A DNA stretch of 64,000 nt from the NCBI GenBank assembly GCA_044892525.1, contig CM097885.1, positions 51,152,001-51,216,000 of the forward strand, read 5' to 3'. Source of the stretch: Schmidtea polychroa. Its lineage: Eukaryota. Positions 27,708 to 41,796 of this stretch are shown piece by piece. The notes beneath the pieces are model-generated. The model was not told where the DNA came from and did not search any database. It saw only the letters and a list, made by a program, of their open reading frames with translations. Every line of letters starts with the position of its first letter. Position 1 is the first letter of the stretch. A program made the translations under genes and the position numbers.

Positions 27708-28169
27708 AGTAGGTGGATTGGGGCTCCCCAGATCAGAGGCTCCCCGCATCACATATACCCCCCCTCCCCCAGAAAAAAATTTAAAAATAAAAGGTCAAGG
27801 TCAAGGTCAAGGTCATTTCTTTTTTAATTAATTGATCCAGAGAGCCCCTACTTTTTTTCATCCCAAAAATTAATGTTCCGCCAACGGACTTTATTGAACG
27901 ATAGCTCATCTTAAAGCTCAGTGCCAGACCTTTAAGATGAGCTATAGGTATCCTATATTTCTTTAGTAGTTTTAATGTTATAACAATTGATCACCACCAT
28001 CTTTTCAAAGTTAAATTATTATTATTTTTCAAAATATTATTAAGTGATCCAGAGAGCTCATACATATTTTCATCCCAAAATTTAATGTTCCCGCCAACAA
28101 ATTTTATTGATCGATAGCTCATCTTAAAGCTCAGTGCAAGACCTTTAAGATGAGTTATAGAATCCTATC

Positions 28170-29150
28170 ATACGATGACTCATCACATTTTTAGAACAAA
28201 GACAATGACTCACCCAATGTCTCATCATATTTTTAGAACGATGACCCATCATATTTTTAGAACGATGACTCATAATTTTTTTTCAAAATATTATTAATTG
28301 GTCCAGAGGGCTCACACTTTTGTTCATCCCAAAAATTAATGTTCCCGCCAACAGATTTCATTGATGGATAGCTCATCTTAAAGCCCAGTGCAAGACCTTT
28401 AAGATGATTTATAGATTCCTATCATCCGATGACTCGTCATATTTTTAGAACAAAGACAATGACTCACCCAATGTCTCATCATATTTTTAGAACGATGACT
28501 CATCCGATGACTCATTATTTTTTGAATGATGACTCATCATAATTTTAGAACGATGGCTCATTAGATGACTAATCATATTTAGAACGACGACTTATCCGAT
28601 GACTCATCATATTTTAAGAACGATGACTCAACATTATTTTAGAACGACGACTCATTCGATGACTCATCATATTTTAAGAACGATGACTCATCTGATGACT
28701 CGTCATATTTTAAGAACGATGACTCATCATAGTTTTAGAACGATGACTCATTAGATGACTAATCATATTAGAACGATGACTCATAATTTTTTTTCAAAAT
28801 ATTATTAATTGGTCCAGAGGGCTCACACTTTATTTTTTAGAAAATGACAAATCATATTTTTAGAGCAATGACTCATCATATTTTTAGAACGATGACTCAT
28901 CTGATGACTCGTCATATTTTAAGAACGATGACTCATCATAGTTTTAGAACGATGACTCATTAGATGACTAATCATATTTAGAACGATGACTCATAATTTT
29001 TTTTCAAAATATTATTAATTGGTCCAGAGGGCTCACACTTTATTTTTTAGAAAATGACACATCATATTTTTAGAGCAATGACTCATCATCTTTTTAGAAC
29101 GATGACTCATCATATTTTTAGAACGATGACTCATACAATGACTCATATAT
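28170..29150 (+). repeat. Minisatellite of about 24-bp units GATGACTCATCATATTTTTAGAAC in the left Polinton arm
   Basis: Tandem units with 11-bp sub-duplications; more than 20 exact TGACTCA by manual count; shorter mirror array at about 39098-39262. Confidence 0.93.
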
Positions 29151-29722
29151 TTTTTTCAAAATATTATTAATTGATCCAGAGGGCCCATACTTATTTTCAT
29201 CCCAAAAATTAATGTTATTACTAACATGCTTGAATTGATCGATAGCTCATCTTAAAGCTTAGTGTAAAACCTTTCTAAGGAGATATAGAGATATTTATAA
29301 CCATTATTAATTTTAAAAATATTAACGCACGCGTGGAAGATGTTATTATAATTATTATATACTCCGAGTTTATCCAACAAGATATTCTGTCTACCTATGG
29401 GTACTGCTCACAAAGGTACTACTCACATTCAACATGTCTTAAATTATTTTCAAATACAATTTCAAAGTATTATTATTATATATTATTAAAATTAAAATTA
29501 TTTTTAAATTCTGACCAACTTAAATCAATGAAGGGGTAGGACAAAAATATATTACGTTGCGGTATTTTAAAATTTAAATATATTTTAAAAACTTATTTTG
29601 ACGCTAAAGTTGACTTATTTAACAAAGACATAATTATTGCTTATGCTTTGCAGAAATATTATTATTTTTTAAATTTTCAATATTTTCTTTCAAAGTATTA
29701 TTTCAAAGTAACACGCTCGGGA

Positions 29723-29753
<31 letters not shown>

Positions 29754-30140
29754 GTGAAAAATCTAAAATATTTTTTTACACAAACATACACAACCCATTA
29801 AACTTTATTATTATTAACGCAAATATTAGTGAAAAAATTAACCTATTATTTACACACACACACAACCCATTAACAATTATTATTATTATTATTGCAAATA
29901 TTAGTCAAAAACCTAAAATAAATTTTACACACTAAGTATGGGGTAGAGAATTATTATATGTTTGCAGTATTCTGTGTTTGCCTATACAGGAAGTTGTAAA
30001 TAAGGAGCGATAATTTACAATTTTACACACATTTTATATACACATACCTTATTATTTCAAAGTAACACGCGCGGGAGTTATTATTATTATTGAAAATCCT
30101 AAAATATTTTTTACACACACACATGCTCAACCCATTAACA

Positions 30141-30191
<51 letters not shown>

Positions 30192-31413
30192 GCAAATATT
30201 AGTGTAAAACCTAAAATATATTTTACACACACACAACCCATTAAACTTTATTATTATTATTAGTGAAAACCTAAAATATTTTCTACACACACAACCCATT
30301 AACAATCATTATTATCAATAATATTATTATTGCAAATATTAGTGAAAAACCTAAAATAATTTTTACACACTAAGTTATGGGGTAGAGAATAATTAAATGT
30401 TTGCAATATTCTGTGTTTGCCTTTACAGGAAGTTTTCAATAAGGAGCGATAATTTTATACATACATTCTATATACACCTACCTTGTTTAACATGGGTGTA
30501 TATACTCCTAGTCTATCCGACAAAATATTCTGTCCCCCTATGGGTATTGCTCATATGGGTAATGGTCACACTCAACATGTCGCAAGGGTTTTCGAGTTTA
30601 AAGCATATTATGGTTTATTAAGGTTATTAGATAAAACCTATGACACACACTATTTTTAATAATATTTAAACGATAAAAATCAAGACAAGAGAGGACAAGA
30701 CAAAGTTTATGCATTTAGTATTGCCAGGCCTAATGAGCAGTGACCAAATATCTGTGCCTGAAAGACACGGTGGATATTTGTTCGCGTCCACAAGGGTCGT
30801 CTGTGCCTCCCCCAAGTGGGATCATAAGAACCTGGGTATTATAGTTTTCCGTACGGAACATTACGCCTAACATGGGTAGTCAACTACCAGCACATTCGAA
30901 ACGTATAATTTCAAAATACATGCGTCATTGGCACTATAACCAAATTAATTAATGTTTTCACTAACAACAATATATATTTACAGAGGCCTCCCACTAGTTG
31001 GATTACAACCGCCCACCACGACGATCAGCTTGTAAATATATATTAACTAAGGGATAAAGAGGACCCACCCAACCCTATTATATTTAATTTACAAAAGGTT
31101 TCTCTCTCTTCTGTTGGTAATCTATCTCAAAATTATTATCTCCATCGGGCCATTTGGAATACATCTTGCAAATTGGATGTATTTCTTAGTTTCTGATGCG
31201 GTGTCAACTATCATTGCTAAAATTTATATTGATTTAAAAGCAATTAACTTACAGATGTTATCTAGCATTTTATCGTCACAAATTAAATTCTGTCTGACTA
31301 TTAGGCAACTGTTATTTGTGGTATACTTTTTCAATATCATTTCTTATCAATTGCCACCATAAAACACAGATACCTAAATATAATATATATATTTTAAATA
31401 TATAATAAACCTA

Positions 31414-31418
<5 letters not shown>

Positions 31419-31500
<82 letters not shown>
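31419..31500. repeat. (AT)n microsatellite
   Basis: Pure AT run; the homologous position of the inner element (about 42825) has only a few AT units. Confidence 0.97.
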
Positions 31501-31504
<4 letters not shown>

Positions 31505-33564
31505 CATTAATAATAATATTCTTCAGGTATGACGAGTACTTTACTTATTTGCTAAAACATCGGTTTTTCCCATTTTTCTTGACATTCGTTGAAAAAAAGT
31601 TTACATAATTTAAGTCTGATAAGTAAACATTCATGTTGAAGGACACTCACAATCAGCTAATTCATTTAAGAAATCCGGAACTATAACTCCTTTAGTGTTT
31701 CACCATTTTGTCTGGTTCATCTTCCTCATAATCCAATAATTCATGTTTTAATAAGAAATCTCTAAATCCAGAACATAAGTCTTTTAGTGTTTCACCATTT
31801 TGTCTGGTTCATCTTCTTCATAATTATATAATTCATTTTCTTCATTACTAAGTAAAATAATTAAAATATTGTAGTAAAATCTTTATTTACTTACTTTATG
31901 GATTCTAAAACGAAAGAAATAAAGTTATATGAAAAGTTTATTTAAATAATTTAAATTTAGTTATTTAAAAATATTTAAACAATTTAGTTATTTAAGCATA
32001 TTTAAACATTAACATTATTATATAGTATAATTTTATATAATATTATAATATTATAATTTTATGTATTCTAAATTTATTAATAAATACAGTATAATTTTAT
32101 ATAATATTATAATTTTATGTACACTTATATATCCTTCATTTAATTTTTTAAATTCAAAAATTTATAATGAAGATTTTTTGAATTAAAAAATATTCTGTTA
32201 GTATTTCCAGGCAGAAAACAACGAATTCAATAATTAAAATCTTAATTTTCATGTTATATATTTAGTGTTGTGGCCAGAAGTTAATCGCCATCTAATCGTT
32301 TGTTCTCAAATTCGCTCATTTTTGTTCAAAACATTCAGGTGAGTTGTTATCTGGAAAGTTTCTTTGAGCTCAGTTTTGTTAAAACACTCACGGTATTTTT
32401 GAGGGACGTGACACTGGAAATAAATTAACACTGGGTGGTCATCCATACATTTTGTTGGTCTGAGCTGTCGATTTATTTTAGAAATAGATATATTAAAAAC
32501 ATTTAAGGTATCATTCAGTAAAATAATATAGTATTTTTGAGTATTTTTTAGCTAATTTATAAATAACAGTATTTTGATATATCAATAAAGACCATATACT
32601 CCGAGTTTATCCGAAAAAATATTCTGTCCCCCTATGGATATTGCTAGCAAGGGTACTGGTCACATTCAACATGTCGCAAGGGTATATTAATCAGTTAGAA
32701 ATTCTTAGGTAATTTAGTGAGATGATCAGAAATTCGTGAATATTTAATGTAACTTTTCACTTATTTCGAGCGACTAATTTATTGGTTAACTTTGTAGTCA
32801 TTTAGAGCAAAAGGTAATTTATCCATCTAATGTTCGTTACAATAGTTAATAATATGAGAAAAACACGGTCATTATTCACTGATAATTTTAAATTCTTTAT
32901 CATTTGGAGTAAATTTGTTTGAGGCAAAAATAATTAAAGGAGTCATAATGGAAATATGGTTATCATTTAACCAATTAAATGGCTTATTAGTTAGAAATAT
33001 ATATTATAAAGTAACAATTATTTTCTAATTTAATGAGATGATCATTGGGCGTAGTATATCGTTGCGAGAAATTTAAGATGTTTGAGTAACCAAAACATTT
33101 TGTGAGATCAATTTATGAATATTGGTTAATTTAGCCATTAAAATAATATTTAGCAAAGGTAATTTAGCAAAATATCATTTGTCCACCCGATAACAATATT
33201 CCTTCAATAGATTAACTGATATTCAACCTATTTAATTTCTAGAAATCTAATTAAAATCATAAAGTTCCTTCAAAGATCACTTCTCTTTAGTTGTTTTCCA
33301 ATTCTTTTAAGTTAATATTTCTCAAGCTTTGTCAACAATATCCCCAAAATGAATAAAATAACTTCTTAAATAAAAATAATTTAAAGCAATAACTATTGAT
33401 ATCAATTAATTCTAAAGATTTCAAATATCTCATTGTAAAGTAAATTGATCATTAACCATTAATAAAAACTTGGATAATTAATAAAAAACTGGTTCTAAAA
33501 CATAAATCACTGTGCAATAACATTCATCGCAACCTCTAAAACGATATAATTTCACAGGAACTAT

Positions 33565-36500
33565 CAGCCCCGTACCGTGACACCTTTTGACGGGGGGGCC
33601 CAGACTCTCATTAAAGGGGCCAGTAATTCTCGTGTAAACTAAGTATTTTATGAAAACAGACTAGTCACTACTCACACTTTGCACTCCGAAATGTTCAATT
33701 TAAAAAAAATGAAAGCAAAATCGACATTTTGTCTGAGCATTATTTTGCTATATTATTGCATATACTAGTATATAGGAAATGATTTTCGCACATTTTTTAG
33801 GAACAAACACAAAAAACAAATAGCTGCATGTATTTGCACGACGGACAATTGGACATACAAAGACAGAACACACAGTCACACAGATTTGAAAACTAAAGGT
33901 GAGTGCAATAGAAATTACACAGGAACTAGATCCAGAAAAAAGAAATTACGTGTGTGAGATATCGACATGACTCAAAATAGCTGCAGTCGACGATTTTTCA
34001 TTTCATGAAACCGCCGAAGAAACTCATCAGATTTGATGTTATTACTGATGTCACTTTCAAATGAGAGCAATACAAGGTTGGCTTTACGAGAATGGCTCAT
34101 CGACGTACGAAAGGGAGTTAAGACACGAGATAAAGTACTGAAAGTCGCCTCACATGTGGCAGTTTAAGCACCGATTGTCAGTGCAGAAGCTGCAAGACGA
34201 TAGACAGATGGAAAAGCATCTCGGTATGAGTACAGTTCTTGCACTAACTGATGAACGTTTGTCACAGTACTGGCTCTCTTCAATAGGAAAACCTTTGCAG
34301 TTTCAAATTCATGTTGGGTTTCGCTTAGGTCCACGCCACACAGTGTCGCTAAAGTCTTTAGCTCCTCAATATTAAAAAAGTTTGTGTGATCAGTCTTCAA
34401 ACATGCAAGAGACTTATAAAGGCTTCTGTTGGTGACACCGAAGCGTTTTGTTAGTTCCTGCAGAGTCCTATCAACGACTTCGTAATACATCTGGCGATAT
34501 GCGCATCTGATAGGCAAGGCCTGGTGTTCTGGCTGTCCCACAGATCAGAACACAATGAAGTTGTCTAATTTTGAGTTCATCTGAGTTCTTCTTCTTTTTG
34601 GTGTCTGTTCCATATCCATTTGACTTTCGAATTTCCCAAAAAGAACTTGGAATTCCTCTCCATTGCGTAGGCTGCGAATGCGCTCTATGACGGCATCCAT
34701 AACATCAAATGCTGAAGAAAGGTCCATTGCTTAACCCTGCAAGCTATTGTTGGCTGTTTCAAGGATAGTCAGCAATGAGAGCACCATGTGTGCAATGAAC
34801 TGAAACTCCACTTCATTGACTCGATGCAAGAGTCCAGTAGCTTCCAATTGAATATCAATTGAAAAGTGAGAATGTCTACTAGAACACATCTCAAGCAAAT
34901 TCACAATTGTATCATAATTAGTTGTTATTGCCTGAGTCGTCTGCAAGTGTCCTGTCCAACGATGTTCCATGAGCCCTGTCAATTTATCGCCTTGATATAT
35001 GGCCGCAACCTTAGGATATGACAAAAATGTGTATAAGTTTCTGCATATGTCGAAGAAGTCCCGCAGTTTTTGGCACTCAGAAACGGCACACATAACAACC
35101 AAATGCAACTTTGGTTGAAGCAATGGACATACGGAATTTCTATTTGTAGACGCTCCTGAAGCAAGGCCTGCACCCCACCATGCTGTCCAGACATAACAGC
35201 GGCTCCATCATAGCATTGGGAAATTATATTTTTAGGATCCAACTGAGCCTCTTTCAAGGTTGTCAAAATTACATATGTGAAGGCCTCTGCATTGAGAGCA
35301 ATTGTTCGGGAAATGCAGATTAAGTGCTCCTGAGGTTGTCCTGCTGAGACAAACCTTATGGCAATCGACACATTCTCAGTCCCTGTTCGATCTTTGGTAC
35401 CATCCATCTTCAGAGTAAAATATTCAACATCCGCAGACTTGCACTTCTTAACAATTGACTCTTGCACTATTGATGCCATTAACGCAATAATTTCATTTTG
35501 AATTCGAGGTGATGTGTACGTGGCAATTTTGGGAATCGTTTTAATGATTCGAGCCAGCTCAGGATTTTTCTTAACAGTGTATTCGAAGAGACGTAAAAAT
35601 AGACCACACGGAAGCTTATCATCCTCATCAATATCATCTCTACTGAAACTGTCACCACGAAAGGCTAATTCATTTGTCACAAGAAACTTTACAACGTCAA
35701 CGATTTCGTTGACATAATAACGGTTGTTCTTCAGCTGTGTTTCATTAATCAAAGTGCAAACTTCCTCACCTTTTTCACATCTCAGCTGTTTCTCTTTCCA
35801 GCGTTCCATGGCATGGATGTGGCCAGCAGAAGATTCATGCTTTTGAAAACCTTTTCCTTTTTCTAAAGCCGATTTCCAATTTCGGAATCCTCCTGTTCTG
35901 AAAGCACTTTCGCCAGCAGAGCCGGGCAATGAAAATTTTCTACAGCAAAAGCAGAAGACTGCATCTTTCTCAATAGAGTACTCCAAATATGGTCTTCCAT
36001 TATACCACACAGACGAAAATGAGCGTTCCCTTAAACCAAACGAAGTCTTTGGGAAATTTACATCAGTTGGCTGGCGTGGCATTTCTTCACCCAGATCACA
36101 TTTAGTAGATGACAGAGTCTTAGCAGATGCACAAGAAGATGAGGACATCACTGCACTGTCACGGATACATGAAATAGCAGGTACAGATGAAGGACTAGCA
36201 CAAGTTGAGGACATAGTAGCAGAGATACTATCACTGGATGAAGTGACTGAAGTCACAGAATTCTTTGGAATGACTTGGAAGAAATTCATGATACTCTTTT
36301 GTGTCGACATGTTCTAATACGATGAAAATAATGTTACAAAATATGATCAATTAACATGTCACTCTGCCATAGGAGTGAGTTGAGTATAATGACATGTGAT
36401 GTGCTCTTATTGGCCTATCTCTCTACCATCGTATAAAGACCACAATGCACCCACTCCGTGCTCTGACACTCAATCATGCCTCCATGCGTTGTTACTGCCT

Positions 36501-37252
36501 GTGAGGTAGGAAAGACAGACAGCACGCACCCTACCCACGCCACCGACTTCACATGCCAGTCTCTTCCAGTGAGGCAGATAGATGGAACATCCTACCCCCG
36601 TCCATACTACATAAACCTCTACATGTGCAACTCATGCACACCCATGTCAATGCATGTGTGCACGATAGCAATTTTTCTTTTATCAAACTTATTGAATGTA
36701 ATGCAGTGATTCACATTAGAGCAACTGTTGTCGACAACTTTGATATCGACAATTGTTGCGCTGTTAACATTTGGTGTTAAGCAATCCTGTGAGGCTAATA
36801 TTTTAATTGTCCAGCACTACCCTTTAACGATTTGGGGAAATTTATAGACACACTCCGGGGTTCGAATTCCGTACACATCTGAGAAATTTCGCGACATGTA
36901 ACATTGCTTTACTAATTTAAAAGACCTCGCCACCCATTGAAAGTTTTGTTAGAGAATCTTTTTTAACTTAAGAAAATGATTAAGTCTCAGTTAATTAGGA
37001 TACGAGAAAGTTTTTATTTAGTGAAATTTAAAACGATGCTCCGACTTTAATTAAAAGGTTTCTTTAGGATTCGGCCCATTATATAGTGCTTATTAGATCA
37101 TTTATGGTACATGAATAAATGTAATTGTTTATTTCATTTTCACCTTGAAGTAAAACCATCATTTTTTATTCATGTCCGTTTTTTTATTTGGGGGGGGCAG
37201 ACTTGCGTTTGGGGGGGCGGACCCTCCTGGGCCCCCCGACGGTACGGGCCTG
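33565..37252 (-). mobile_element. hAT transposon (Tip100/ZMYM1-like) nested in the outer Polinton
   Basis: TIRs CAGCCCCGTACCGT / CAGGCCCGTACCGT; perfect 8-bp TSD GGAACTAT (33557-33564, 37253-37260). Confidence 0.95.
33972..36310 (-). pseudogene. Disrupted hAT transposase with TTF-type zinc finger
   Basis: RSFSSVWY...LEYSIEKDAVFCFCC...GFRNWK...HESSAGH, LAFRGD, YTSPRIQNEII, MDGTKD, QCYDGAAVMSG, HCFN, HRW, TATCEATFS. One frameshift near 35115 and in-frame stops at 34731, 34545 and 34164; natural end RRLQLF* at 33972. Confidence 0.93.
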
Positions 37253-38133
37253 GGAACTATTCATAGCTGACTATTTCCCTTAAAAATTTGATATTTTACC
37301 AATAAGAATATATAAATATTCAAAACATTAACCGATCCCTCACCAAATATTTCTACCCCTTTAATAAATCGTATATATTACCATCTTAACCTTCACTAAA
37401 TATAACCGAATATAATTTCACCCACTTGAGCCCTTTAATATATATTAAAATCCATAGAAAATTCTTCAAAATATGAATTTTATTTAATTGTTACAGACAT
37501 TTTTCCATTGAAATAATTTAGTAGCTAAATTCAAAGAGCTCACTAAAAGATCAAAATTCGCTAAAATGAATATTTCCTACAAATATTTCACCACATTCAT
37601 CACTACATTAATTTTCAAGTAGATTTCAAATATATCATCATCATTATAAAATTAGTTGGTTTCAACTTTAGATTTTCAATATTTTAAAGTTCATCAATGT
37701 GTAAATATTCTTAGAAAATATATGAAACAATTATTTAGTCAAATTCAATATCATTACAAAGTCATAATCAAATTTATCATATCACTTGATTATTGTAAAA
37801 TTATTAACCTCATTAAAAATAATTTTTATTTAAAATTTAAAAACAAGTCAATAAAATATAGCAAATTATCAAGAAATTAATTAAATTTGTCTTAGAATTA
37901 ACACTAAAACCTTAAATATTCTTTCAATTAACATGAAATTCACAAAAAATGTTAGTAAAATCCCGCTAACTCTAAAAAATTACCAATGAATTTAATGCCA
38001 AATAATAACCAAAAATTTGCCTAAATAAAATCATTAAAACACAACAGTGCCTTTACGACCAGTACCCTTACGACCAATACCCTTACAAGCAGTACCCATA
38101 GCGGGAGAAAATATGTTGTCGGATAAACTCAGA

Positions 38134-38273
<140 letters not shown>

Positions 38274-38718
38274 AAACGAATTAACAATAACTCCATCAAA
38301 TTGAATCAGTCAAATTATCACAAATTTTAATAAAAAATCTTATTCTAAAGTGGTAAGCAGCGTAAAATCGAAAGATAATTTTAATAACACAGAGATAGAA
38401 TTATATTTCGTCACTACTCATTAGGCCACTCAATACTAAATGCATAAACTTTGCCTTGTCCTCTCTTGTCTTGATTTTATTGTTTAAATATTATTTAAAA
38501 TAGTATGTGTGATAAGTTTTATTTACTAACCTTAATAAACCATAATATGCTTTAAGATCGAAAACCCTTGCGACATATTGAGTGTGAGTAGTACCCTTGT
38601 GAACATTACCCATATGAGCAATACCCATAGGGGGATAGAATATTTTGTCGGATAAACTCTGACTATATACAGACTATATACCTAAAATATTTTTTACACA
38701 ACCCATTAACAATTATTA

Positions 38719-38867
<149 letters not shown>

Positions 38868-40222
38868 ATTAATCAAAAACCTAAAATAATTTTTACACAC
38901 TAAGTTATGGGGTAGAGAATTATTATATGTTTGCAGTATTCTGTGTTTGCCTTTACAGGAAGTTGACAATAAGGAGCGATAATTTTATACATACATTCTA
39001 TATACACATACCTTGTTTAACATGGGTCTATATACGAAAATAGATTCCAAATGTTACTAAAAATAGATGTTTTTGTTACTTAAAAATAGAATGACCTTGA
39101 TGAGTCATCGAATGAGTCATTGTTCTAAAATAATGATGAGTCATCGTTCTAAAAATATGATGAGTCATAGGATGAGTCATTGTTCTAAAATGATGAGTCA
39201 TTATATTTGTTCTAAAAATATGATGAGTCATTGTTTTTGTTCTAGAAATATGATGAGGCATCGTATGATAGGAATCTATAGCTCTTCTCAAAGGTCTGGC
39301 ACTGGGCTTTAAGATGGCTATCGTTCAATAAAATCTGTTGGCGGGAACATTAATTTTTGGGATGAAAAAAAGTATGGGCCCTCTGGGTCACTTAATAATA
39401 TTTTGAAAAATAATAATAATTTAACTTTGAAAAGATGGTGGTCATCAATTATTAATATATTTAAAACTACTAATGATATATAGGATACCTATAGCACATC
39501 TTAAAGGTCCTGCACTGGGTTTTAAGATGAGGTATCGTCCAACAAAATCTGTTGGCGGGAACATTAATTTTTGGGATGAAAAAAAGTATGGGCCCTCTGG
39601 ATCAATTATTTTAAAAAAATGACCTTGACATTTTATTAAAAAATTTGACCTTGACCTTTTATTAAAAAAATTTCCCCGGGGGAGGAGAGTAGTATGATTG
39701 GGGCCATCCAGAACAGGGGCCCTCTGCGAAACATATACCCCCTCCCCCCCCGGGAAAAAAAAATTTTTCTTTAAATAAAAGGTCAAGGTCAAGGTCATTT
39801 ATTTTTTTTTTTAATTTAATTTTTTGTTTTAATTATGTGTCGCGGGGAGCTCCTACTTTTTTCATCCCAAAAATTAATGTTCTCGTTAACATATTTTATT
39901 GGACGATACCTCATCTTAAAGCTCAGTCCAAGACCTTTCGAATGAGCTATAGGTATCTTATATATCTTTAATAGTTTTAATGTTATTAACATTTGATGAC
40001 CACCATCTTTTCAAAGTTAAATTATTATTATTTTCCAAAATATTATTAAGTGATCTGCCGGGCTCACACTTTTTTTCATCCCAAAAATTAATGTTCCCAT
40101 TATCCGAATTTATTGGACGATACCTCATCTTAAAGCTCAGTCCAAGACCTTTCGAATGAGCCATAGAAGGTATCATCATCATTATTATTAACAAAGAGAA
40201 TGACTCACCCAATGACTCACCC

Positions 40223-40545
40223 AACGATGTCTAATATTTTTAGAACGATGCCTAATATTTTTAGAACGATGCCTAATATTTTTAGAACGATTACATCATA
40301 CTTTTAGAACGATGCCTCTTATTTTAGAACGATGTCTAATATTTTAGAACGATGCCTATTATTTTTAGAATGATTACGTCATAATTTTAGAACGATGCCT
40401 CTTATTTTTAGAATGATTACGTCATAATTTTAGAACGATGCCTAATATTTATTAGAACGGTGCCACATATTTTTAGAATGATTACGTCATAATTTTAGAA
40501 CGATGTCTAATATTTTTAGAACGATGCTTAATATTTTTAGAACTA
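40223..40545 (+). repeat. 20-23 bp minisatellite (AACGATGCCTAATATTTTTAG / AATGATTACGTCATAATTTTAG) in inner left TIR
   Basis: About 15 tandem units, mirrored at about 46997-47340. Confidence 0.92.
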
Positions 40546-40600
40546 ATAATTTTTGTTTTAATTATCGATTACATAATAATTTAATTTGTTTAAATCGTTG

Positions 40601-40663
<63 letters not shown>

Positions 40664-40829
40664 ATTATAATTATTAATATTATATACTCCTAGTCTATCC
40701 GACAAAATATTCTGTCCCCCTATGGGTACTGCTCACAAATGTACTACTCACATTCAACAAGTCACAAGGGTACTGCTCACACTCAATATGTCGTAAATTA
40801 TTATTATTATTATTTCAAATACAAGTTCA

Positions 40830-40903
<74 letters not shown>

Positions 40904-41270
40904 TTATTTATTATTACGCGCACGGGGAATATTATTATCATATATACTCTTAATCTATCCGACAAAATATTCTATCCCTTTATGGGTATTGCTCATATGG
41001 GTAATGGTCAAAGGTGTACTACTCACATTCAACATGTCTCAAAGGGTATAATATAATTATTAATAAATTCTGACCAACTTAAATCAATGAAGGGGTAGAA
41101 CAAAAATATATTAAGTTGCGGTATTTTAAATTTAAAAATATTTTAAAAACTTATTTTGACACTAAAGTTTACTTAATTAACAAAGACATAATTATTGCAC
41201 ATGCTTTGCATAAATATTATTATTTTTTAAATTTTCAATATTTTCTTTTAAAGTATTAACACGCGCGGGA

Positions 41271-41312
<42 letters not shown>

Positions 41313-41757
41313 GTTAATGAAAAATCTAAAATATGGTTTACACACACAACCCCTCAACCATTATTATTATTATCAATATTAAAAACCTAAAATATTTTTT
41401 ACACACACACACAACCCATTAACCATTATTATTATTATTATCAATATTAAAAACCTAAAATATTTTTACACACACACATACAACTCATTAAACTTATTAT
41501 TATTATTATTATTATTGCAAATATTAGTCAAAAACCTAAAATATTATTTACACTCACACAACCCATTAACAATTATTATTATCAATATTAGTGAAAACCT
41601 AAAATATTTTCTACACACACACACACACACAATCCATTAACCATTATTATTATTGCAAATATTAGTCAAAAACATAAAAACACTCATAAACCATTATTAT
41701 TATCAATATTCGTGAAAACCTCAAGTATTTTTTACACACACACACAACCCATTAAAC

Positions 41758-41796
<39 letters not shown>

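Noticed and set aside
28170..29150. CRISPR-like appearance of the short repeat arrays (also 40223-40545 and 46997-47340)
   Set aside because: Units are head-to-tail with no unique spacers, there are no cas genes, and the context is eukaryotic.
39067..39312. MSHR/MTHH-repeat ORFs on both strands
   Set aside because: Translations of the TGAGTCA minisatellite.
40739..41056. Twin ORFs 40739-41056 (+) and 46508-46816 (-)
   Set aside because: Mirror images from the TIRs, held open by (TTA)n; poly-Leu artefact.
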